NCBI GenBank assembly: GCA_951406725.2
Contig: OX597836.1
Span: 47,182,001-47,246,000, forward strand
Length of the DNA: 64,000 bases
From: Octopus vulgaris
Taxonomy: Eukaryota
Direction of reading: 5' to 3'
Part shown: piece by piece, positions 12,238-26,582 of the stretch
Numbering within the stretch: position 1 is the first letter of the stretch
Layout: each line of letters begins with the position of its first letter
Made by a program: the position numbers and the translations under genes
The notes under the pieces: generated by a model
What the model saw: the letters and a program-made list of their open reading frames with translations, nothing else
What the model was told of the DNA's origin: nothing
The model's database searches: none

Positions 12238-12436
12238 AGGCGGCAAGCTAGCACCCCAGGGCAAAATGCCTAGCAGCATTTCGTCCGTCTTCACGTTCTG
12301 AGTTCAAATACCGCCTCTACTTTGCCTTTCATCCTTCGGCATCGATAAAATAAGTACCATCTGTGTACTGGGGGTTGATCTAATTGACTTAACCTCTCCC
12401 CCGAAATTGCAGGCCTTGTGCCAAAATTTGAAATCA
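12238..12436 (+). mobile_element. Degenerate SINE family B
   Basis: ggcggcaagctagc...gttctgagttcaaa...ttgcctttcatccttcggcatcgataaaataagtacc. Confidence 0.65.
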
Positions 12437-12548
12437 ACATGAACACATTATTGTTAATGTCAATCATTATCATCTAACAACAACTATAACAAATCGAAAG
12501 CTAATTTAATGAAGGAAAATATGGAATATACTTTTAAAAAATTTTACG

Positions 12549-12720
12549 AGGCGCAGGAGTGGCTGTGTGGTAAGTAGCCTGTCTACCAACCACATGGTTC
12601 CGGGTTCAGTCTCACTGCGTGGCACCTTGGGCAAGTGTCTTCTACTATAGCCTCAAGCCAACCAAAGCCTTGTGAGTGGATTTGGTAGATGGAAACTGAA
12701 AGTAGCCCGTCGTATATATG

Positions 12721-12799
<79 letters not shown>

Positions 12800-13034
12800 G
12801 CGTGTGTGTGTCTGTGTTTGTCCCTCTAGCATTGGTTGACAACCGATGCTGGTGTGTTTATGTCCCCGTCACTTAGCGGTTCGGCAAAAAGAGACCGATA
12901 GAATAAGTACTGGGCTTACAAAAAAAAAAAAAAGAATGAGTTCCGGGGTCGAGTTGCTCGATTAAAGGCGGTACTCCAGCATGGCCGCAGTCAAATGACT
13001 GAAACAAGTAAAAGAGTAAAGAGTAAAAGAGAGT
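12549..13034 (+). mobile_element. SINE family A, full length
   Basis: ggcgcaggagtggctgtgtggtaag head, internal (TA)n/(TG)n, (gtaaaaga)n tail. Confidence 0.9.
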
Positions 13035-13492
13035 AACGTTTTCCGTACTCAGCTTTTGTTGGAAGTTTATCAGAATTTCTTAAGTAGTTTTACAACAACG
13101 TAAACAGAAAAATATAATGCTATGAGCAAGTAATTAAATATATTGTATTATCTGATTTTAATAATTTTTGTTTACAAAGAACCATCAACTGGACAGGAAA
13201 TCGTTCTAAGTACTTCATAAAACAGCTGTAACCTAGGAGTAAGGAGGAGGTATATACAAAACTGGGAATATATGTTGTGATAACAAGGATTATCTCCATG
13301 GTGATAAGTTGTCTATCGGCAAAAGATAATAAAAACCAGCTTTTAATATAAGCTGGTGAAGGCAGCATGTCTGAAGAAAGCACAACACTCATAGAGTGCT
13401 CGTACGCTCTGAATATACGTAACATAAGCAAAATGCCTGCTAGGTTAACAGTTACCATAATAGCAAGTGGGGGGATAAATAATAGTAGTAGC

Positions 13493-13878
13493 TTTACTCT
13501 TTTACTTGTTTCAGTCATTTGACTGTGGCCATGCTGGAGCACCGCCTTTAGTCGAGGAAATCGACCCCCAGGACTTATTCTTTGTAAGCCTAGTACTTAT
13601 TCTATCGGTCTCTTTTGCCGAACCGCTAAGTTACGGGGGACGTAAACACACCAGCATCGGTTGTCAAGCGATGTTGAGGGGACAAACACAGACACACAAA
13701 CATATACACACACACATACATATACATATATACGACGGGCTTCTTTCAGTCTCCGTCTACCAAATCCATTCACAAGACTTTGGTCAGACACTAGCCCAAG
13801 GTGCCATGCAGTGGGACTGAACCCGGAACCATGTGGTTGGTAAGCAAGCTACTTACCATACAGCCACTCCTACGCCTA
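13493..13878 (-). mobile_element. SINE family A
   Basis: Reverse complement of the family A consensus. Confidence 0.9.
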
Positions 13879-14029
13879 TAAAGATTCTAGACAAAGCAGT
13901 GTAAAACAGATATATTTTATCGATTAAACTAAACATAATTTCTACTAATAAATCAATCTCGAGACTATATGTCTATTTAAATTACACTTATTTTATGGAC
14001 CCCGGATTGATGAATTTATTTTTATTTGT

Positions 14030-14315
14030 TCGCCCTTTTCAAGCGTAGCCAGGTTCATGGGCCCGGTCTCCCGGTTTCTATGGCCTATGTGTTCCCTCCA
14101 GTCCATCGCAGCGTTACTTAAGAAACTGGAAGAAAGAGTGAGAGAAAGTTGGTCCGAAAGAGTACAACAGGGGTCACCACCACCCCCTGTCAGAGCCTTG
14201 TGGAGCTTTAGGTGTTTTCACTCAATAAACACATACAACGCCCGGTTTGGGAATCGAAATCGCGATCCTTCGACCGCGAGTCCGCTGCCTTAACCACTGG
14301 GCCATTGCGCCTCCA
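14030..14315 (-). mobile_element. SINE family C
   Basis: Ends in ccactgggccattgcgcctcc, the reverse complement of the head. Confidence 0.8.
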
Positions 14316-14859
14316 CGGATTGATGAATAACAAAGTTAATCTAGACAATCTTACATTATTTGCTCGACGCTCTACCAATGTTGCTATTCTGTTATTCAAC
14401 AACTTCGACTTACAGATGTAGGAAGTCTCTTCTGAGGGGGTTTCATTTCGATGCCTTTTTATAGGAAATGTTTTGAATGATTTTCCAACAGGGATTGCGA
14501 ATTCTAATCATGTATTCTAAGTTACGTATTCTAATCACCAAGGTATCGCTAAACTGGAAGAACCAAACAAACCATAGGAGGGAATGCCATGATTGACTTT
14601 AATTTAGTTTTCCATAGACTACCTATAGAGACAGAGTCTGAGTTATTTGTTGCTGCTGAATTCCGGAAGTGACGTAAACTAAATTTAGAGTGAGAAATTC
14701 GTGTATCAAAAACTAAAGGTTCTTTATTCACAAACTGCTATTATAGAATGCTCATTCAACATTTGAAAAGAACCTTGGACATGAATGAAGAGATGCATGG
14801 AAGAAGTCAATCATTTCAAAAGGTAATGAGACCAAAGAGTTCAACTGGGTTAAAAAGTT

Positions 14860-17265
14860 CTACATGAAAGTCGCCTCAACGCATGTCTGCATATCATTAA
14901 CCACGACACGCCCAGTCCAGCACGCAGCGGCTGCTGACAGCTGATGAGTGGAACCAGTCCGTTCCACAGAAATCAAGAAAGTAAGCGTACCAACTTGATC
15001 AGCAACGAAGCAAATTAAGAGACGACTGTCAGGCAATATTAGATAACGGAAACGATGTACGCATTCGCCACTTCTGCCCGACCTTACTGGCTCAGCTTCC
15101 TCTAGGCCCATTTCTGGATGAGACTACCCACTCTTCTCCCTGCGTCACTTCCATCTGTTCATGTCCTCCCGGAAGTCAGGACCAAATCAGACTCCAAGCA
15201 ATTTAACCCAGCCTTCCGTTCAGCGTACCACGACTCAGCCATGTGGCACGGACTAGTCTTTCCAAATGCCTTGCTACAGGCCCACCGACTTCCCCTGGTT
15301 AATCTTTGCGCCTATCACCGCCTCGCGCTCCCTTAGGTTAGTGTCGCTCGATTTCCAAGATGTCCGACACTATTACGATGGCGTCGTCCGCATAAGCTGG
15401 CGCGATTCTTCCGCATCTTCGTTCACACAGGGTGACACACGAAAGATCCAGTTTCCATAGTGCGAGAACCAACAAGTACAGAAGGGGAAAAATTGGGCAT
15501 CCTTGATCGAATGTGCGATACTAAACGATTCCGATAGGTTGCCATTTACTTTGACCACCGATGTTACGTTGCAGGGATCAGCTGCTGGAAACGAGACCTG
15601 CCGCTGTGAGAAAAGCCACCAAGCATTGATGGCCAACCCTATCGAAAGCTTTTATTTGATCCATATTAATCAGAGCTCCATCTATCCCAGATTCCTTGCC
15701 TATTCTCCCGCTTGAGGTGGAAGTTGTCGCGGATAGATCTTTTTGAGATAACGCATGTTTGCGCATCACCGACCTGTCTATCAACGACAAACGCCAACCA
15801 CTTTGCTAACAACTTAGCCAAAAAATTTTAATCTGTGTTTAGCAGAGTTACAGGCCTAAAATTATCGATATATTTCTTCTTGTTCGGGTCCTTTCTCAAC
15901 AGCAACACTACACCTCTGATCACAAGACTGCGAATTCACCCCGTTGCAGTAAGCCTCTGCCAAGGAAGCGCCGAACAAGTTTGACGCATGAATATAAAGT
16001 ACGAAAGGCAGGTCATCCAGCCCTGGTGGCTTCTCGCTTGCACAGCTAGTCATCGCGTCCCATATGTCGCCGGCTAGGGTTAGGGTTAATAGCATTTCGC
16101 AAAATTCTGCATCCTTAACCGAAAGCCACACCAGGCCGCCGAGGTAAGAAGTGAAATTCATCCCCATCTCCGAATCACCGCGCGCCCTGTATAGTTCAGC
16201 AAAGTGCTACTGAGCATTCGAGTAGCAAGAGCCTGTCCGTCCCGTCAAAGACTGAGCTGAGGCTTTGTCTCCACGTTGCACCTACGCCATCCGGACCCAT
16301 CGGACAGCTTTCGTTCTCTCGTGTCTTAATCCACGCCTCCAAGCACTGACGACGCAACCTTCGTGCTTAGCATGGGAGAATTGGTCAAAGGCTATTCTCA
16401 CCGCCAGCACGTCAGCTGCTATTCCTCTGCTCTAATGGCCCTTTTTAGGGCTATCCACCAATGACTGTTGACGATTGCACGTGTCAACTTCCGATGGACT
16501 AACTTGCTAACCCAGTCTCCAAACGACGCGTTCAGCTACCATTACCCAAGACCCTGCTTATAGAGCCTATCTAGGTTGGCCGTACAGATCATGAACCTGT
16601 GGTCTGTGTAGTCGACGGCCTTGAATTGTGGACAACCTATGCTACTTCTGTCTACTGGATTACAGAATACTCTATGTAGGTACGATCTGGATGACTCTAT
16701 GCTGTTTGCTTATGTCCACATTGGTACATTCCGGTAATTCAGTCTGTTCCTCTCTTCCAGTTGGCAGCAATTGAGCAGATTTGTGAGATTTACATCCCCT
16801 CTCCTATTGGCTACCTCACAGAGTCCAAGAGTGCATCTAAGACTGCATTCCAATCACCCATTCGCACTGATGAGCGAGACATTCCAAAGAAAACCTCCAA
16901 ACGCTTGAAGAAATCAGGTTGCCCTGTCCTAGTCGGGATGCAGACAGCGACTAGTCTAAAAGCACTACTTTCGCATACCGTTCACGTCTAGGACCACTAA
17001 TTTACTTTCCAGATTCAAGAAGATCATCCTACTTCGAGATCTAGGCTTTATCTAAGCAACATTGCAACTCCACCTCCCATTCCAGGCCGATTAAGTGATA
17101 CGTAGACCTTAAAGTTATCAAAAATACGGGCTTGTGCATGTGTGTCGGAAATCCTTGTCTCGCTGACAGCTCTCACATTCATAGCTAGTGACCTGGAATC
17201 GTTGGGCCGGCGATCTTGCTTCCAAGAGGACGTACATTTATACAACCCACTCTTAAACCAGCCAT
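14860..17265 (-). pseudogene. L1/Tx1-clade LINE ORF2 relic (AP endonuclease + reverse transcriptase)
   Basis: Minus-strand translation starts MAGLRVGCINVRPL at 17265, then VSETRI, GGGVAMLL, GDWNAVLD, PPGLDDLP, NYRPVTLLNTD, DQIKAFDRVGH and AYADD (about 15385); many stops and frameshifts. Confidence 0.85.
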
Positions 17266-17924
17266 GATGACCGAAAAGAATTCAGAGGAAAAAGGGAGGC
17301 TACTTACCAGATGGTGCTGTTGGCGGTCAGGTAGTACGATCTCCATATCTGGTTGGGGTTCCTTTGGAACTCCCTTAAAAGCTACTGGTGGCTTTTACAT
17401 TAGGGGTTCCCACGTCATGAGGGAAGCAGTTCATAATGTTTTTTATATAAATTATCCAGTGGCACATACACCATCATCAGGGTTTGTGATACTTAAAAAG
17501 CACTGGTACCGAAAATCACACCCTTTCTCTATATATATCCTTAGTTTATGCTGTGAGGGTCATCAGTTCTTCTTTGGTCCTCCTCACTAACATGAAGTGA
17601 GATGTCTGAATGATTTGTTGATGCTGTTGTGTCTCTTTTCTTTTAGTGGGTTGTTGCGGTTGTAGTAGTGTTGGCGGGACTGGAGTGGTAGTGGTGGATG
17701 TGTTGATAAATGTGGTGGTGTAGGAGTTGGTTTTGCTAGATGTCTCTGTGTTTGTTGTAGATGTCTTTTCTGATGTACGGCTTCGTGTAAGCCTTGATAG
17801 CTTTTGTGTTTTATTTTTAGATTTTGTTTTTGCGTTTCATCCTTATTTCCACATTTTCAATTCGTGATGCAAAGGTATCAGTGTCTGTGGAATCTGTCTC
17901 AGATATGGGTGAAAGTGCATTTGT

Positions 17925-18262
17925 ACTTTTACGGATTCCATGGACAGCGAGGCTCACCAATGGAAAAGTTCTTAAGCAGATCAGGCCGAAAATGTCGCTA
18001 GAAGCTAGGATCACCAAGCATAGATTGGCATATTTCGGTCATATTATGCGGAGAAAATCCCTGGAGAAGGACATCATGCTCGGAATGGTCAGTGGCAAGA
18101 GAGGAAGAGGCCGACCAAGAACCGCTGGCTTGACACCATCAAGAGTGATATCGGAATGTACATAGCCAGCCTGAAAGAAGCGGCCCAGGATAGAACTGAC
18201 TGGAGGACACTGATCCAACGAGTGACCGAGAGTCGACTTCGACTGAGCGGTTAGAAGAGAGA
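17925..18262 (+). mobile_element. RTE-clade LINE 3' fragment
   Basis: LRIPWTARLTNGKVL...LAYFGHIMRRKSLEKDIMLGMVSGKRGRGRPR, then after a frameshift WLDTIK...AQDRTDWR; typical RTE C-terminus. Confidence 0.85.
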
Positions 18263-18399
18263 TGGGGTTGCAAATTTCACTGTTTCATTGTAATGTGTTC
18301 TTATTTTTCCGTTGCCAGACGTACTCACCCGCAGAGATAGATAGCATTTGTACTTGTACGAGTGTCTATGTGTGTATTTATGTTTAGAGGAGTCGGAGA

Positions 18400-19045
18400 A
18401 ACGGTGAAGGAAGAGCTTTGTTCGGAAAGGCCTCTGGGGCTTTCTGGTGTCCGTTGTTTTTCTTTCTATCATCGAAGGTGCTGCTGTTGTTGCTGATGTT
18501 AGTGTTGCCCCAGTTGGTGCTGGTTTTGCTGTCCCTGTTGTTGATGATGATATTACTGCCGGGGTTGGTGCGGCTGCTGATGCTGTTCGCTGTTGGTTTT
18601 GTTGCTCTGATTTTGTGGGCCTGATGTTAGAAGTAAGGAGGTCCTGTGGTTCTTTATCTTCTGCCGAGGGCAGAAAGTTCTTAAATGGCTTGTATCCCCA
18701 CACAGAATAAGATCTGGGATCTTGTGGATGTTGTCAAGTTTGATGTGGAGTAGCACCTCCACACATCCCAGACATTTTTCACGACGAGTTCGTTTCACCT
18801 CCAGGAGGCTGTTACTTCCTTCTAGGACGATCCATGCTAAAATCCACAGATATTCATCTCTGGTCGGATCTCTGAGATCTTAACTCTCACCGTCCTTTCT
18901 AAAAAAAGATGCTGTAGAAAATACTTATCACTCTGAGAGGGAACCATGGAGTGTTTGGCGGCCAGGGCTTCATTCTTAAAGGACACTGAAATGCCTAAAT
19001 ATTGCTTGGGCCGCTCGATCTGTTGTAGGTCGGCCATTATTTCGT
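18400..19045 (-). pseudogene. Tx1/L1-like ORF1 relic (degenerate zinc knuckle)
   Basis: VRVKISEIRPEM and LCGDTSHLRTFCP followed by a low-complexity T/A/P-rich segment; upstream of and co-oriented with the ORF2 relic. Confidence 0.5.
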
Positions 19046-19394
19046 TTGGTACTTGATCTATTGATCCCGAAAAGATGAAAGTCAAATTCGACCTCGGCGG
19101 AATGTGAACTCAGAACATAAAGGAAGTCGCAATGCCGCTAAGTATTTTGGCCGGCGTGCTAGCGATTCTGCCAGCTCGCCACCCTAATAATAATAATAAC
19201 GCTTTCAGATTTTGGCTCAAGGCCTGGAATTTCGATGAAGCTATAGGTCGATTAGATCGATCCCAGTGCTCAAGTGGTACTTATTTTATCGACCTCGAAA
19301 GAATGAAAAACAAAGTGTCCCTCGATGGAATTTGAACCTCAGAACAAGAAGACGGGTGAAATACCGCTAAATATTTAGCCAGTTCGCCGCCTTG

Positions 19395-19441
<47 letters not shown>

Positions 19442-19632
19442 CCTTTCTAGTGGAGGCACTAAGCCACTGATTTGTGGAGTGGAGACTAGTCGATTATATC
19501 GACCCCAGTGTTTCACTGGTACTTAATTTACCGGCCCCTAAAGGATGAAAGGCAGAGTTGACCTCGGCGGAATTTGAACCCAGAACGTAGTGACGGGCGA
19601 AATACCGCCAAGCATTTCGCCAGCTCGCCGCC
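19045..19632 (-). mobile_element. Three SINE B copies separated by (AAT)n
   Basis: Repeated gacctcggcggaatttgaac/ccagctcgccgcc blocks. Confidence 0.75.
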
Positions 19633-19698
<66 letters not shown>

Positions 19699-19770
19699 CC
19701 CTGATACAATACCAGGCACTGGCTCTCATAGTTTCTGATCTTAACTGATTGGAAGTGTTATCGTGTACAT

Positions 19771-19844
19771 AGATTGAAATGCAATAGATCGATAATTTCA
19801 TATGACACCGCTAGAAAAAACTGCTGTTCAAACCGAAAAGATCC
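19771..19844 (+). mobile_element. Right-end fragment of the Merlin-like MITE at 23384
   Basis: atgacaccgctagaaaaaactgctgttcaaaccgaaaagatcc is nearly identical to 23757-23799. Confidence 0.8.
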
Positions 19845-20279
19845 CTGCTTTTATTACACATATACCAGTTATATTCTCTTTTTTTTTACTTGAATGTCAC
19901 CTCCTTTGTTCTCTCTTCTTAATCTTTCCCGTTTTCCTTGCTAGAAAACATATTTTCCTTTTGATTTTTTCGAGAAGATATTTATTATTGCCCCGCTTGT
20001 TCAATGCATACTCGGGAGTCATCGTATATGTTTTATAACTGTCACGTACCTACTGTGAACTGCAGCAAATGAATGTGACTGCATCATATTGAAATGTGGA
20101 TCACTGTAACTAAACTATAGCTTCATATGGACTGCAGTGAATAGGGTATAATACTCTAGAGCCCTTACTCAAAAGTACTATACTGGGAATTAATTAGAAA
20201 AAACGGTTGAGATAACATAGATACAGAGGTTAAGAAAATCTATTGAAACACTGGGAAACCAAGAGGTATCAGACGAAAA

Positions 20280-20600
<321 letters not shown>

Positions 20601-21564
20601 TGACTTACCTGAAATGATGCAGAATATATAGATATATGTATATATTTTTTGTAAAACTTTGCCGATACTCTGATGTTTGCTACAAATACAGATGGATAAG
20701 AAAGCGAACTAGATGTGAGTTAATCATCTCTTCCACTCTTAACTCCAACTCACCCCCTCTTCTACCCACCGCTCACCCCCCTCCCTTCTGTCCAATTAAT
20801 AACATAAAGTACAATAAAAACAGCAGCCACTACGAGAGCAAGATCTTGCCTGTTCTTGCATAACATTTTTAATTGGTCTCTGCTCAAGGATTATCCGACC
20901 ACTGTGTGTCCTGTATCATGTCGTTCGTTACAAAGCAACTTGTCTACCTGTATGGTTATCAAGTTTACACATTCACCTGGAAAGTAAGATTAGTTATTAT
21001 GGAACATAATTGCGATGCTTCGACCATTTTTTCATTTATTTTGCTACATTTTTTTTTTTTTTGAGGTCGGGGTATCAGTTTTGTTAGATTTGCTTCTTGG
21101 GGTTAATTATATTAATGTTTTAGCTCTGTCGAACATAAATTGCATATGGAGAAAATTTCAGATTGTATGTGATGATAGTGTGGCTTTCTGAAAATCAATA
21201 CTGGTAAAAAGTAAAGCAGCGAATCGATAATTCAATGAGTTTTCCTATTCAGAAGTTTCTGTCTTCCCCTCCCCGTATTGCTCACCCTTAAAACTTCTTT
21301 ATGGGATTAATGTTTGTTTGTTTTGTTGTTGTTTTTTTGCAGTTTAAGCAAAGTTATTCTTTTTCTCTTCTACTTATTTCAATTCAATTAGTTGCGGTCA
21401 TACTGTAGCACTTCCTTCACAGTACACCTTGACCCATTTTTGTTGTCCAAAAGTTATATTAACCGATATTATTGGAGTTATCTCCTTTGCTTTCAACACA
21501 CACACACACAAAAAAAAAACAGATAGACAGGCAGACAGATAGACAGATAGACAGACAGACAGAC

Positions 21565-21690
<126 letters not shown>

Positions 21691-21691
21691 T

Positions 21692-21861
<170 letters not shown>

Positions 21862-22773
21862 GAACTGTAATTGTATTTACAAGATTCTTAAGTGTTTCCC
21901 TACAGTCATATAATCAATCGTACTTTTACCGACGGACATACGTAATATATAACTGTTACACATTCATATCTATGTGTATACGTAGGTATGCGTATGTATG
22001 AGTGCATCCCCACTATTGGCACTATTTGTTAGTAAACAGTGGGAACTGCGAAGGCGGATACGCACAACGTGTATCACTCCGCTGTATATCGACAGTTCGT
22101 AACAGGTTAAACACAAAAAACAATAACAACGCCTTCATTGAATTGTCTATCATCCCATCACGAACGAAACAATGCATAACAATAACATTCACCGAGTACT
22201 AGTTAAGCAAAGGCTTACAAGAGGAAACAAGGTGTTGCGTAGGATATTGAAACTGGAACCATTTGGCTACGAACTGAATTTAGATAGAAATTGAAGTTTG
22301 CACAATTGGCACTTTGCATGAATATTGGTTTCGGATTTTGGAACAAGGCCAGCAAATTCGGGAGGGAGGGAAAAGTCGATTACATCGATCCCAGTGCTCG
22401 GCTGGTTCTTAGTTCATCGACCCCGAAAAGATGAAAGGCAGAGTAGATCTCCGCTGAATTTGAACTCGGGACATGAAGGCGGTGGTGGTGGTATTGTTGC
22501 TGTTGTTATTGTTATTGTTATTATTGTTGTTTTGTTGGTAATGGTGGTGGTTGTGGTGGTGGTGGCGGCGGCGGCGTTGGTGCTGTTGTTGATGCTAATT
22601 TTACTTTTGTTGTTGATGTTATTATGACTGTCGTTGCTATTGTTGCTATTGTGATTGCTATTGCTTCTGTTGTTTAGCCGTAGGTGACACACCAAGGCGA
22701 AGGCGTTCCAGCAGTAAAAACCCATCTTATTTTCAGCAAAATATACTCCAGAAATAATATTCAAATTACATAC

Positions 22774-22861
<88 letters not shown>

Positions 22862-23290
22862 CTCCCTCCCTCCCTCTCTCTCTCTCTCTTTAAGATAGCA
22901 GGGCGTCATTTGAGGGGAATTAAGCTCTATTTACTAGCAGGTCGAGCAACCATAAAAGGGTTTCCTCATTCCTCTTTCCCTCGTTGTTATATTTTTGTTT
23001 GTTGTTAATAGTGATACGATGATGGTGATTGCGATGACGGTGATGATATTCTTTGTACAGGTCCATGATCGATCCTGTGGCAGCGGAGACCTTCGTCGTT
23101 CTTGGCCCCCTAGACCCTATCCCTGCTCACAGCTATCGGGATAAAAGTGGCTATTCGCATGTGCGAGCGCTGAGTCGAAGTGGCTGTCCCAACGCCTTTG
23201 CCATTTTACTCGCTGGGACCACAAGGTCTTCTCACTTACTGGGAATTCTACGCTCCACTCCTTCGTCGTCAATTACTCTATAATCACTGA

Positions 23291-23935
23291 TTATTGGTTT
23301 CAAATTTTGGCACAAGGCCAACAATTTCGGATGAAAGGGTTACTCGATTATATCAACTCCAGTATTCAACTGGTACTTATTTTGGATCTTTTCGGTTTGA
23401 ACGGCAGTTTTTAACATAATTTCCACGTAACTAAACACTTTTAAACTTCGTATACTGGTAGAATGTGTTTATAAAACATCTTTTTCTCTTGGCTTTATTG
23501 AGAAAATTCTAGAGTTTGTAAAATATTTGTTGTTTTTTCTTCAATTTCTGCAATTTCAACCAATCAGTGACGTCTATTGAGGTAAAAAACATTCTGTGCC
23601 GTATGAATATGTCTCTTGTTTAAGAAACAGATTGGGTTTATTTACATTTGTGAAGAAAAAAAAGATACCCTTCCCCCCACCCCTAACCCTAACCCTAAAA
23701 GAGATTGAAATGCAATAGATCGATTCTAGGGTCATGATTATGGGTGACAATTTCATATGACACCGCTAGAAAAAACTGCCGTTCAAACCGAAAAGATCCC
23801 TTATTTTACCGACCCCTCAAAAGTATGTAAAGCAAAGTCGACCTCGGCGGAATTTGAACTCGGAACGTAAAGACGGACGAAATACTGCTAAGCATTTTGC
23901 CCGGCGCGTTAACGATTCCGCCAGCTCACAGCCTT
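23291..23935 (-). mobile_element. SINE family B split by the MITE
   Basis: ggtacttatttt...accgacccc is continuous once 23384-23807 is removed. Confidence 0.75.
23384..23799. mobile_element. Merlin-like MITE (416 bp)
   Basis: TIR ggatcttttcggtttgaacggcagttttt / aaaaactgccgttcaaaccgaaaagatcc; 8-bp TSD cttatttt at 23376-23383 and 23800-23807. GG-starting TIRs with an 8-bp TSD fit Merlin. Confidence 0.85.
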
Positions 23936-24189
23936 GGAACCAGTGATTATTAAAATATATTAAAGAACTTAATAGCAGTTGCTTAATTTTTTTTGTACAG
24001 TTTGCTTTGCTTCCTTTTATTTTTGTTGTTGCTTAAAACATCTACGTGATGGTGGCGGCGGTGGTGGTGGTGATAGGGAGGGGTAATGTGGTGTAGTGGT
24101 ATAGCGTCAGCGTCAAGAGTGACGACTGGGGTAACAATTGCAGTGACGGTAGTGGTGGCTTTTGTGGAATGGAGGCGATGGTGATGACG

Positions 24190-24251
<62 letters not shown>

Positions 24252-24272
24252 TGTAGTAGCAGCAGCAGTAGC

Positions 24273-24343
<71 letters not shown>

Positions 24344-24344
24344 C

Positions 24345-24379
<35 letters not shown>

Positions 24380-24380
24380 C

Positions 24381-24415
<35 letters not shown>

Positions 24416-24419
24416 CAGC

Positions 24420-24491
<72 letters not shown>

Positions 24492-24512
24492 TGTAGTAGC
24501 AGCAGCAGTAGC

Positions 24513-24551
<39 letters not shown>

Positions 24552-24572
24552 TGTAGTAGCAGCAGCAGTAGC

Positions 24573-24631
<59 letters not shown>

Positions 24632-24632
24632 C

Positions 24633-24673
<41 letters not shown>

Positions 24674-24695
24674 CAGTAGTAGCAGCAGCAGTAGC

Positions 24696-24731
<36 letters not shown>

Positions 24732-24752
24732 TGTAGTAGCAGCAGCAGTAGC

Positions 24753-24787
<35 letters not shown>

Positions 24788-24794
24788 CAGCAGC

Positions 24795-24829
<35 letters not shown>

Positions 24830-25013
24830 CAGCAGCAGCAGTAGTAGTAGTAGTAGTAGTAGTGGTAGCAGTAGTAGTAGTAGTAGTAGTAGCAGTAGTA
24901 GTAGTAGTTGTAGTAGCAGCAGCAGTAGCAGTAGTAGTAGTAGTAGTAGTAGTAGTAGCAGTAGTAGTAGTAGTAGTAGTAGTAGTTGTAGTAGCAGCAG
25001 CAGCAGCAGTAGC

Positions 25014-25084
<71 letters not shown>

Positions 25085-25085
25085 C

Positions 25086-25120
<35 letters not shown>

Positions 25121-25124
25121 CAGC

Positions 25125-25189
<65 letters not shown>

Positions 25190-25190
25190 C

Positions 25191-25228
<38 letters not shown>

Positions 25229-25229
25229 C

Positions 25230-25267
<38 letters not shown>

Positions 25268-25268
25268 C

Positions 25269-25310
<42 letters not shown>

Positions 25311-25311
25311 T

Positions 25312-25363
<52 letters not shown>

Positions 25364-25364
25364 C

Positions 25365-25402
<38 letters not shown>

Positions 25403-25403
25403 C

Positions 25404-25447
<44 letters not shown>

Positions 25448-25463
25448 CAGCAGCAGCAGTAGC

Positions 25464-25505
<42 letters not shown>

Positions 25506-25518
25506 TGTAGTAGTAGTT

Positions 25519-25552
<34 letters not shown>

Positions 25553-25553
25553 C

Positions 25554-25591
<38 letters not shown>

Positions 25592-25592
25592 C

Positions 25593-25624
<32 letters not shown>

Positions 25625-25676
25625 CAGTAGTAGTAGTAGTAGTAGTAGCAGTAGTAGTAGTAGTAGTAGTAGCAGC

Positions 25677-25720
<44 letters not shown>

Positions 25721-25749
25721 CAGTAGTAGTAGTAGTAGTAGTAGTAGTT

Positions 25750-25784
<35 letters not shown>

Positions 25785-25802
25785 TGTAGTAGCAGCAGCA
25801 GC

Positions 25803-25894
<92 letters not shown>

Positions 25895-25919
25895 CAGTAG
25901 TAGTAGTAGTAGTAGCAGC

Positions 25920-25972
<53 letters not shown>

Positions 25973-25973
25973 C

Positions 25974-26006
<33 letters not shown>

Positions 26007-26019
26007 TGTAGTAGTAGTT

Positions 26020-26053
<34 letters not shown>

Positions 26054-26078
26054 CAGTAGTAGTAGTAGTAGTAGTAGC

Positions 26079-26136
<58 letters not shown>

Positions 26137-26153
26137 GCAGTAGTAGTAGTAGC

Positions 26154-26188
<35 letters not shown>

Positions 26189-26210
26189 CAGTAGTAGTAG
26201 TAGTAGTAGC

Positions 26211-26242
<32 letters not shown>

Positions 26243-26243
26243 C

Positions 26244-26305
<62 letters not shown>

Positions 26306-26306
26306 C

Positions 26307-26350
<44 letters not shown>

Positions 26351-26354
26351 CAGC

Positions 26355-26419
<65 letters not shown>

Positions 26420-26456
26420 CAGTAGCAGTAGTAGTAGTAGTAGTAGTAGTAGCAGC

Positions 26457-26503
<47 letters not shown>

Positions 26504-26516
26504 CAGCAGCAGTAGC

Positions 26517-26564
<48 letters not shown>

Positions 26565-26582
26565 TGTAGTAGTAGTAGTAGT
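24190..26582. repeat. 2.4-kb (AGT)n trinucleotide array with AGC/TTG variant units
   Basis: Direct inspection; source of the poly-Thr, poly-Ser and poly-Val ORFs. Confidence 0.97.

Noticed and set aside
23681-23698. Telomere or chromosome-fusion site
   Set aside because: Only three CCCTAA units, inside a MITE.
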